DNA from: Candidatus Saccharimonadota bacterium
GTDB taxonomy: Bacteria > Patescibacteriota > Saccharimonadia > Saccharimonadales > Saccharimonadaceae
DNA: 32,000 nt
Assembly: GCF_025273655.1 (NCBI RefSeq)
Contig: NZ_CP045921.1
Location: forward strand, 360,001-392,000
Direction: 5' to 3'
Shown: one piece after another, positions 1 through 6,064 of the stretch
How the letters are laid out: each line of letters opens with the position of its first letter
Position numbering within the stretch: position 1 is the first letter of the stretch
The notes under the pieces: generated by a model
Databases searched by the model: none
What the model saw: the letters and a program-made list of their open reading frames with translations, nothing else
Told to the model about the DNA's origin: nothing
Program-made: the position numbers and the translations under genes

Positions 1-174
1 CGCCGGCTGTATGCAGCGTTGTCCGTACTCCTCAGGTTGCCACTGGTGGCCTGCAAGGGCGATAGCGCCCTTGAGGAGTACTACGCACGACGTACCTGGC
101 TGCTACCGGTCGTGCTCGCGATCGCCGTAGTTGGCAGCGTTGCTTTTGTGATGTGCGTCATATTGTGGCCGTGA
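1..174 (+). CDS. 3' fragment of a CDS entering from upstream of the window; hypothetical, ends in a hydrophobic helix
   Basis: Frame 1 is open from base 1 to TGA at 172-174 (..RTWLLPVVLAIAVVGSVAFVMCVILWP*). It is absent from the ORF track because no start codon lies in the window. No family recognised. Confidence 0.35.
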   Translation, partial: RRLYAALSVLLRLPLVACKGDSALEEYYARRTWLLPVVLAIAVVGSVAFVMCVILWP

Positions 175-242
175 GGCTGCGTGTGCTGTTGTCGGGTGGA
201 GTCCGGATTTCCTTCCGCCTCCCCCAACCTATGCTGTCATAG

Positions 243-674
243 TTATGACGCTGTAGGCTGTGGGAGGTCAGCGCGACAATTTTTGCAGATACCGCTTAGC
301 TCGACGGTGTGGCTTTTCAATGTGAATTCATGCCTATTGGCGACAAGTGTTAACACGTCTTCGAGTGTGTCGTTGGCTATTTCCTCTACTCTGCCGCATT
401 GCTCACAGATCATATGGTGGTGATGTGGTTTGAATGGTTCGGCAAGTTCTGTAAAAGGTGTCCAGCCTCGGATAGTCGTCGTGGTGATGCCAAGTTTTGT
501 GAAAAGCTCCAGTGATCGATAGACACTGGCTCTGTCGATATTGGGTGTGCGTTTGGCTATTTCACCATTTTTGAGTGGTTCGTCAGTGGTTTTGAGTGTC
601 TCGAACACGGCCTGACGCGGCTTGGTGATACTTTGTCCTGCGTCTCGAAGGATTGATTCGAAGTCTGCATTCAT
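243..674 (-). CDS. Fur-family metalloregulator (Fur/Zur/PerR type)
   Basis: 143 aa with an N-terminal winged-helix-like region. It has HHHHMICEQCG (His cluster plus CxxC) and a C-terminal CKNC pair, as in Fur-family structural and regulatory metal sites. TATAAT (683-688, minus strand) lies 8 nt upstream of the ATG. Confidence 0.9.
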   Translation of the reverse strand: MNADFESILRDAGQSITKPRQAVFETLKTTDEPLKNGEIAKRTPNIDRASVYRSLELFTKLGITTTTIRGWTPFTELAEPFKPHHHHMICEQCGRVEEIANDTLEDVLTLVANRHEFTLKSHTVELSGICKNCRADLPQPTAS

Positions 675-795
675 ACATTACGATTATAGCATAAATTGCG
701 ACAGAATTGCATTTATAATTTTAAATGCGATATTTTTGCAAAATTACTAACTTATGCCGTATTATCAGATGATTATAAGAGAAAGGAGCAGTACG
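675..795. promoter_or_regulatory. Divergent promoter/operator region between the Fur-family gene and ORF 796-1170
   Basis: AT-rich region. 10-bp perfect palindrome TTTTGCAAAA at 734-743 overlaps a TTGCAA(736-741)-18 nt-TATTAT(760-765) promoter-like pair for the plus-strand gene. Imperfect inverted repeat AATTGCATTT..AAATGCGATA at 705-730. AAGGAG SD at 783-788. Confidence 0.4.
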
Positions 796-1170
796 GTGAA
801 CTATGAAGGTGATTTGAAACATTCATTCGCACATATTCAGATTAGTGATGCAGTAGTTCAAAATACAACGGGCGCACAGGCGGAACGTTTTACGCAGGCT
901 GGATTAACTGGATTTTTTGATGAGTTGCAAGACAGCTATGGCACTATCTTTGATCAACATCAGCTAGCGGGTATAATCACCAGTGAACATCATGATTTTG
1001 ATGCAGCGGGTGCTTTTGGTAAGTTTGCGGGCCGTTTGGCTGTGCGTGAAAGCGGTCTGGTAATCATCGAAAAACGTCTACACCATGAAGCGGCAGATAG
1101 CTTATTGAGTATATCATTGCAGGGCGCGCTTCGAAGGTCAGTTGGTAATCTACTGCACTACGCCCGCTAG
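796..1170 (+). CDS. Hypothetical protein (124 aa from GTG 796), divergent from the Fur-family gene
   Basis: ORF track gives 754-1170. I prefer GTG 796 because AAGGAG sits 7 nt upstream and the promoter-like hexamers would place the transcription start after ATG 754. Contains HHDFD and HHEAAD. No family recognised. Confidence 0.55.
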   Translation: MNYEGDLKHSFAHIQISDAVVQNTTGAQAERFTQAGLTGFFDELQDSYGTIFDQHQLAGIITSEHHDFDAAGAFGKFAGRLAVRESGLVIIEKRLHHEAADSLLSISLQGALRRSVGNLLHYAR

Positions 1171-2618
1171 CTCATGGAGGGCAAAAATGTATTGAGCGCA
1201 AGCCGACTTAACGCCTGAAAGATCGATTCGGGCGTATCTGTCGTGTTGACTACCGTTGCTGCAAGTGAAAATTCTGCACTCTCCTCGATACTGATAGTAT
1301 CTTTGAGGGCAATCAGGATTTTGTACTGCAGATCGGTAAGTTCAATCTCATTGTCGCTGGAGGTGTCGTTGTCGGTTTCTTTCTCCAGCTCAAGCGCGAT
1401 ACAGAGTTGCTCTGGACTGATGTCAAGCTTGTCGGCGATCTCATAGACCGAGTGTTGTAGCGATGAAGCTGTCAGTGGGGGGAGATCTTGCCCGGGAGAT
1501 TCCGCGTATTCAAGTAGGGAGTCTATGGTCATACGCGCCTCCTGGCGTGCTTCGGTGTCTATGGCGTCGAATGTCAGCTCGGGAGCGACGCTGGGTGCCA
1601 GTACGCTCAACGGTTCGACCGCTGGGTGATTCAGGGCATCTCTCGGTGATGCCTCAAGGAAATCATGCACGCCACTCGCGGAGAATGTCTCATCAACTTC
1701 TCCATCCGACTGAGTGTCATGGGTTTGGACTGTCGCTGCAACATACTCCCCGTCGAGATTTCCGTACAAGGCAGCATCCCACTCTTCTGCGGTGAACGAT
1801 GACTCGATTTCTGTCTCGGTGGCTGTATCGATTTCTGTGTGTAACTGGAGCACCTGTTCGAGCGTGTATTCCGGGAAGGCCACGGGGCTATGTGCCGTAG
1901 CCGACTCGAGGAGGATGGGTGCAGGAAACTCGTCTTCCCTATCGTCATGGTGGGTTGCGTCCAACACTGGGTCGTATGCGAGACCGATGCTTTCGGGTGG
2001 ATGCGTGCCTTGTGGCGGCGCCGGCAGCTCCTCCTCAGGTGCGTGCTGTATACGAGTGGTTTCGACTGGAATTTCTTGCACTTGCGGTATCATTGACTTG
2101 TTGCCTGCAGGGAAGGTGTCGAGTGCATGTGTTGCAGCCTCCGGGCGCATGGCGGTGGTCGGGGTGTTCGATGTCGCGGTGTCGTGTGGTGTGTCGGATG
2201 TATGCTTACTAGCGTTTCCCCTGGCGGCATCGACAGCCTGTGCGTCAACATCGTGACGCGTGCGGGTGTCGACTTCGGCGGCATGTGCGTGGGTAGGGGC
2301 ATCTGTATGAGTATGGGCAGCAGAGTCATTGTCTTCGATGTCGTCGCTTTCGAAAGTCTCTTTTTGCGGCGACTCACTGGGACTGGTGTCAAACAAATCT
2401 TCTGCAAGCTTGTCGGCTTGAGCCTGCGTGTGCTCGCAGTTCGCATCACAGATATGTCCTATCTCGCCATGAGCTGGGCTCTCGTGTGTATGCTCATGTT
2501 TGCCAAATAACTCCTCTGCAAGCTTGTCTGAGCTTTGCTGTGTATGCTCACACTCTGCTGTGCAGACATGTCCCAACTCTCCGTGGGGGGCATGGTGGGC
2601 GGTTTTGGTGTCAAACAA
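1167..2618 (-). CDS. Acidic His/Cys-repeat protein, downstream segment (frame stays open upstream to about 2765); probably one gene with 2681-2920
   Basis: 483-aa ORF beginning HGELGHVCTAECEHTQQSSDKLAEELF..HGEIGHICDANCEHTQAQADKLAEDLF. This is followed by ~300 aa of D/E/T/H-rich low complexity and a more ordinary C-terminal ~110 aa. The listed start is a TTG inside a repeat unit. Confidence 0.75.
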   Translation of the reverse strand: MFDTKTAHHAPHGELGHVCTAECEHTQQSSDKLAEELFGKHEHTHESPAHGEIGHICDANCEHTQAQADKLAEDLFDTSPSESPQKETFESDDIEDNDSAAHTHTDAPTHAHAAEVDTRTRHDVDAQAVDAARGNASKHTSDTPHDTATSNTPTTAMRPEAATHALDTFPAGNKSMIPQVQEIPVETTRIQHAPEEELPAPPQGTHPPESIGLAYDPVLDATHHDDREDEFPAPILLESATAHSPVAFPEYTLEQVLQLHTEIDTATETEIESSFTAEEWDAALYGNLDGEYVAATVQTHDTQSDGEVDETFSASGVHDFLEASPRDALNHPAVEPLSVLAPSVAPELTFDAIDTEARQEARMTIDSLLEYAESPGQDLPPLTASSLQHSVYEIADKLDISPEQLCIALELEKETDNDTSSDNEIELTDLQYKILIALKDTISIEESAEFSLAATVVNTTDTPESIFQALSRLALNTFLPSMS

Positions 2619-2805
2619 ATCTTCTGCAAGCTTGTCGGCTTGAGCCTGCGTGTGCTCGCAGTTCGCATCACAGATATGTCCTATCTCGCCATGAGCGGCA
2701 GGGTGGTCGTGGCTGTGTGTATTGAACAGATCTTCGGCAAATTTATCGGAACTTGCTGTGTATGCTCACACTCTGCTGTGCAGACATGTCCCAACTCTCC
2801 GTGGG
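2384..2805. repeat. Intragenic tandem duplication, unit about 220 bp, two copies
   Basis: Perfect 91-bp repeat 2384-2474 = 2606-2696 (offset 222). Perfect 53-bp repeat 2535-2587 = 2753-2805 (offset 218). The segments between are more diverged. Confidence 0.9.
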
Positions 2806-2920
2806 CAATTGCGTGCTCAGGGCCCGGCAACTCAAGGTCGTGGACATGAGGGTTGGGGCGCTCGAACTCATCATGTGTGTGTGGCTCCTGCTCTAGTGTC
2901 GCGGGTGTGTGTTCATGCAT
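2681..2920 (-). CDS. 5' segment of the same His/Cys-repeat gene, truncated by an apparent 1-nt frameshift near 2750-2755
   Basis: ATG 2920 overlaps the stop of the upstream ORF (ATGCATGA). Encodes MHEHTPATLEQEPHTHDEF..HGELGHVCTAECEHTQQ, then leaves the repeat frame (VPINLPK..stop). Confidence 0.6.
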   Translation of the reverse strand: MHEHTPATLEQEPHTHDEFERPNPHVHDLELPGPEHAIAHGELGHVCTAECEHTQQVPINLPKICSIHTATTTLPLMAR

Positions 2921-3563
2921 AGATGGGATTGTCCGCGTAGAGTAAGTCGAGGTGTATTCCGATACGACTTTGGGTCATGAGGTTGATTCGCTGTGCTTGC
3001 TCATCGGTGACGTGTTTGATGAAAAAGTCAAAAAAGCGATTTTCTGCGACAAAATATGTGGTGATAAGTAGGCGTTGATACGGCAAATTTTCTTGGCCGG
3101 TTTGCGTCCGCATCCAATACTCGACCTGTGGTGTATGGTCGACAAGTAGCGGAATGTTGCGGTGAAAAACGGGCTTACCATCTCGTTCGAGCCAGGTGTT
3201 GTAGAAGGCATCCCAGCTGTCGTACTCTGCAAATGCCTTGAACGTATCTGGACAAAAGCTCCCTGCCCGCCGCGAAAACTCATCGTAGAATTGATTGCGA
3301 CAGTGCGCAATGAAAGAGCGTGCAGCCTGATCGGGCACGTGTTTGACAAGACTTTGGCGAGTTTGGCGCGAAAACGGATGAGCCTCTGTCACTACGAGTG
3401 GCTGAAAGCCAAGCTTATCGAGGCCCTGCTGTTGCTGGATGGAGTAATCTTTGTCGCTTGTGTGGCTAATATTTACGACTGACCAATCTCGAAATCCATG
3501 TCTATTGATGTTTTCTGCGGAATAGCGCTCCCAGAAACTTTGAAAAGACTCATACATTATCAT
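2913..3563 (-). CDS. Hypothetical protein (216 aa), first gene of the operon with the His/Cys-repeat protein
   Basis: Long ORF with ordinary composition. Its stop overlaps the next gene's ATG by 8 nt, which suggests translational coupling. No family recognised. Confidence 0.75.
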   Translation of the reverse strand: MIMYESFQSFWERYSAENINRHGFRDWSVVNISHTSDKDYSIQQQQGLDKLGFQPLVVTEAHPFSRQTRQSLVKHVPDQAARSFIAHCRNQFYDEFSRRAGSFCPDTFKAFAEYDSWDAFYNTWLERDGKPVFHRNIPLLVDHTPQVEYWMRTQTGQENLPYQRLLITTYFVAENRFFDFFIKHVTDEQAQRINLMTQSRIGIHLDLLYADNPIYA

Positions 3564-3595
3564 CGGTATCTAATACTGTATAGGCGTGAACCATT

Positions 3596-3632
3596 TTCTG
3601 CAAAAATGTTGCAAAAACACAAAGTTTTGCGG
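3596..3632 (-). promoter_or_regulatory. Candidate operator or weak hairpin upstream of the 216-aa gene and downstream of pth
   Basis: On the minus strand, TTTTTGCA occurs twice with 11-bp spacing (plus-strand TGCAAAAA at 3599-3606 and 3610-3617). The same 8-mer sits in the fur promoter palindrome (733-740). GCAAAA(3611-3616)/TTTTGC(3625-3630) can also form a weak hairpin. Confidence 0.25.
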
Positions 3633-3638
3633 TATGAA

Positions 3639-4193
3639 CTATGTGTAGCTAGTCGAGTGAAATTTGTTCATGATACAGTCATCGATGATTTGTATGGCAG
3701 TCGGCTGGATATCTGTCAGGATTTTTTGTTCATTCGGGGTAAATTTACCAAGCACAAACGCCGTGGCGTCCATGCGCTCGGCATGCTCGGTCCAGATGCC
3801 GACGCGTGCTCGTTTGTAGTCTTGGCCGAGATGGGAGTTGAGTGATTTGATACCGTTGTTGCCGGCATCGCTCCCCCGCTCGCGGGTGCGAATGGTGCCA
3901 AGCGGCAACATGAGATCGTCATGCAGCACGAGTACATCTGCTGTGTCTATTTTGTAAAAATCCACCAATGCCCGTGCAGAGGCACCGGTGTCGTTGTAGT
4001 ATGTGGTCGGTTTTACGAGAAGGACTTTTTCGCCTGCGTCGCTAAACTCTGCGATGAGAGCTTGAAATTTTGTCTTTTCTGCAAACCTCGCACTGCGTGT
4101 TGCAGCATACGCATCAAGTAGTACGAAGCCCACGTTGTGTCTGGTGCCGCGAAATTCTGAGCCTGGATTGCCTTGGGCGAAGATGAGTTTCAT
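3639..4193 (-). CDS. pth: Peptidyl-tRNA hydrolase
   Basis: 184 aa. N-terminus MKLIFAQGNPGSEFRGTRHNVGF matches the conserved Pth GLGNPG..TRHN(V/I)GF signature. Typical length. Confidence 0.95.
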   Translation of the reverse strand: MKLIFAQGNPGSEFRGTRHNVGFVLLDAYAATRSARFAEKTKFQALIAEFSDAGEKVLLVKPTTYYNDTGASARALVDFYKIDTADVLVLHDDLMLPLGTIRTRERGSDAGNNGIKSLNSHLGQDYKRARVGIWTEHAERMDATAFVLGKFTPNEQKILTDIQPTAIQIIDDCIMNKFHSTSYT

Positions 4194-4215
4194 GTGTTTG
4201 TAGTATAACTAAGAT
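4194..4215. promoter_or_regulatory. 22-bp divergent region with overlapping -10-like hexamers
   Basis: TAGTATAACT at 4201-4210. Plus strand: TATAAC 4204-4209, 6 nt before ATG 4216. Minus strand: TATACT (4202-4207), 8 nt before the pth ATG 4193. Confidence 0.4.
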
Positions 4216-4476
4216 ATGGGAAAAGGTAAAAGATCACGGCATACTCATGAAGTATCAAACCCAGAAGCCGAGGCGCGAAGAGCTGAACAGGATCGTATCG
4301 TGGCGGAAGCGGCGCACCGCAAACGTATAGCTGGGTATATCAACGATTTAGGTGTAACGGGCGTGAGGGTGCGACAAGAGACGGTGCGTCGTCATGATGT
4401 CGATGACAACCCAAGGCATAAGCGCACAAGGGAGGAGGTATCAAAGCGCGCAATTCGAGAATCCGGAGCGGATTAG
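4216..4476 (+). CDS. Small basic hypothetical protein (86 aa)
   Basis: The ORF exactly fills the gap between pth and the oxygenase gene. Arg/Lys-rich, with a -10-like hexamer 6 nt upstream and no SD. No family recognised. Confidence 0.45.
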   Translation: MGKGKRSRHTHEVSNPEAEARRAEQDRIVAEAAHRKRIAGYINDLGVTGVRVRQETVRRHDVDDNPRHKRTREEVSKRAIRESGAD

Positions 4477-5300
4477 GCAGCGAAGTACTGTGCAAATTCC
4501 GTACGGAGCATATCGTAATTGAAGCCAGGTGTCCTCTCTTGCAGCCTGCCATAAGCTGCGCGGTCGTAGCGTGGAGTACGTACAAGTGGCACGAAGCAGA
4601 CGATGGCGTTGCGGCCAAGTTTGGCGGTTGTATTGTTCGCAATGATCTGGTGGCATAGACCTTTGATCTCTCCTTTGCTATACAACTGGGTTTGCATGCT
4701 CGCAAACATGACGGCTTGATCGTCGGAGACGGGCATCGGGAGCCACATGCGTGTTGATGGGTCGAGGCGTTCACAGCCATCGGTCGACTCATAGAGATGC
4801 AGCGTCAAGCCGCTATGATCGACATGCGGCTCGCCGATGACGGTGCCGACAGCCACTGGTGGATAGTGCAAAAAGCGTACGAAGGCTGAAGCGGCGCTCG
4901 CAGCTGCTTCGGCAGCAAAGCCGTTTGTGCCGTAGTGCTGTTCGATATGTGCGCCTTGTGCGGCGATAAACTGCTCGAGTTCATCAAAAAGCGCACGCGC
5001 CGCGATGGCAAACTGAGCTGTCGCTGGGTCGTGCATACTTATAGCTATCAGATCTTCGAGACTGGCACGAGTGACATCGAAGTTTTCTTTGATATCTTTG
5101 CTTTCGCGTTGGCCATCGCCTTTTTTCTCGTAGCCAGTGCCAGACTGCAAGCTGAGCGCGGCATAGCGTTGCTTGGTGTCGTCTGGCTGTGCTAGGAAAT
5201 CTTGCCATGCAATTGCTGCTTTTGCGACGCACTGCTTGATATTTGATGGGTATTCCACCATCTCTACCCCATCTTGTGTGAGTGATAATCGTTCTGTCAT
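4473..5300 (-). CDS. 2-oxoglutarate/Fe(II)-dependent oxygenase (isopenicillin N synthase-like family)
   Basis: HVDHSG (HxD) followed about 60 aa later by GLCHQI and then an Arg-containing strand, which fits the 2OG-Fe(II) facial triad layout. ORF track start is GTG 5351. I prefer ATG 5300, which has TACGCT 6 nt upstream. Confidence 0.85.
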   Translation of the reverse strand: MTERLSLTQDGVEMVEYPSNIKQCVAKAAIAWQDFLAQPDDTKQRYAALSLQSGTGYEKKGDGQRESKDIKENFDVTRASLEDLIAISMHDPATAQFAIAARALFDELEQFIAAQGAHIEQHYGTNGFAAEAAASAASAFVRFLHYPPVAVGTVIGEPHVDHSGLTLHLYESTDGCERLDPSTRMWLPMPVSDDQAVMFASMQTQLYSKGEIKGLCHQIIANNTTAKLGRNAIVCFVPLVRTPRYDRAAYGRLQERTPGFNYDMLRTEFAQYFAA

Positions 5301-5370
5301 ATGTCTAGCGTAGCGAGTTTGTGCAGATGAAAAAAGTGAGCCGCTACTCACTAGATTTTGCCAGTAAATA

Positions 5371-6063
5371 TTACCTGGCTATTTGTTCGTGGTAAAATCC
5401 CTGCAGCGTTTCGAGTGTGTCGTCTCGCAGGGCAGCGAGAGTTTTTGGTATGAAGTCGATATGGTCGTTTGGTCTGCTGTCGTTGGCGAGTGCTTCATCT
5501 ATCGGCACCCAGAAATTATCGCCAAATTCTGTGCTCGTTGGTTCGCCGCTCGCGTCGGTGCAGAGGCAAAACGGAAACAAGACATCAGAAAAAAGCTGTG
5601 CATCTCGATAGAATATACGCCGCTCGGTGCCGATATAACGAAATGTGCCCGTAAGGCCAGTCTCCTGCATGAGTTTGCGTGCAGCTCCCTCGAGCAGTGG
5701 TTCTGATTTGAGTATGGTGCCACCAGGAATGCCGACGATGCCGTAGGATGGTTGCGCGGTTCGGCGTTGGTTGAGAATGTGGAGTATCCCGTCTATCTCG
5801 CGCGCTACGACGAGCAGGACATTGTACTTGAATAGTCGATCACCCTGGTCGCTGGTATGATGGGTGTCAGCAACATGGCGCCTGCCCTGCTCGGAAAGTG
5901 TGTAGCCTTGGTGTGTTTTCTCTACTATGCCATCTGACACGAGTTTGCGCAGATGGTAGTTATATAAATCGTTGGGAATTTCGGCATCCGGTTTGAGTTT
6001 GGCATATCGCAAGGTATCCGCCTGCTTGAGCCGGGAGATGATGTCACGTCGTATATCGGACAT
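5371..6063 (-). CDS. Winged-HTH / Nudix-domain fusion protein, putative Nudix-related regulator
   Basis: N-terminal ~65 aa resemble ArsR/MarR-like wHTH (LYNYHLRKLVSDGIVEK). The C-terminal part has a Nudix-box-like GGTILKSEPLLEGAARKLMQETGL in which RE-x-EE reads RKLMQE. Its ATG lies 1 nt after the der stop. Confidence 0.85.
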   Translation of the reverse strand: MSDIRRDIISRLKQADTLRYAKLKPDAEIPNDLYNYHLRKLVSDGIVEKTHQGYTLSEQGRRHVADTHHTSDQGDRLFKYNVLLVVAREIDGILHILNQRRTAQPSYGIVGIPGGTILKSEPLLEGAARKLMQETGLTGTFRYIGTERRIFYRDAQLFSDVLFPFCLCTDASGEPTSTEFGDNFWVPIDEALANDSRPNDHIDFIPKTLAALRDDTLETLQGFYHEQIAR

Positions 6064-6064
6064 G

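Noticed and set aside
2745-2760. Programmed ribosomal frameshift at the frame junction of the His/Cys-repeat gene
   Set aside because: The junction (CAG CAA GTT) has no X XXY YYZ slippery heptamer and no obvious downstream structure. The paralogous copy shows a simple AAA versus AA difference, so a mutation or assembly error is the simpler reading.
2384-2805. Direct repeats considered as a possible CRISPR array or mobile-element end
   Set aside because: There are only two copies. The repeats are long (91 and 53 bp), lie in-frame within a coding region and encode a repeated protein motif. There are no spacers, no cas genes and no transposase.
2459-2849. Short ORFs in alternative frames across the repeat region (2459-2671 minus, 2486-2725 plus, 2535-2849 plus, 2722-2922 plus)
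   Set aside because: They are by-products of the duplicated sequence and duplicate each other (for example MMRTASTRRLKPTSLQKICLTP appears twice). They lack start signals and overlap the frame carrying the conserved His/Cys motif.
4340-4792. 150-aa minus-strand ORF spanning the oxygenase 3' end and the small basic ORF
   Set aside because: It is out of frame with the oxygenase, Cys/Arg/Pro-rich, and has no start signal. It is explained by the two better-supported genes.
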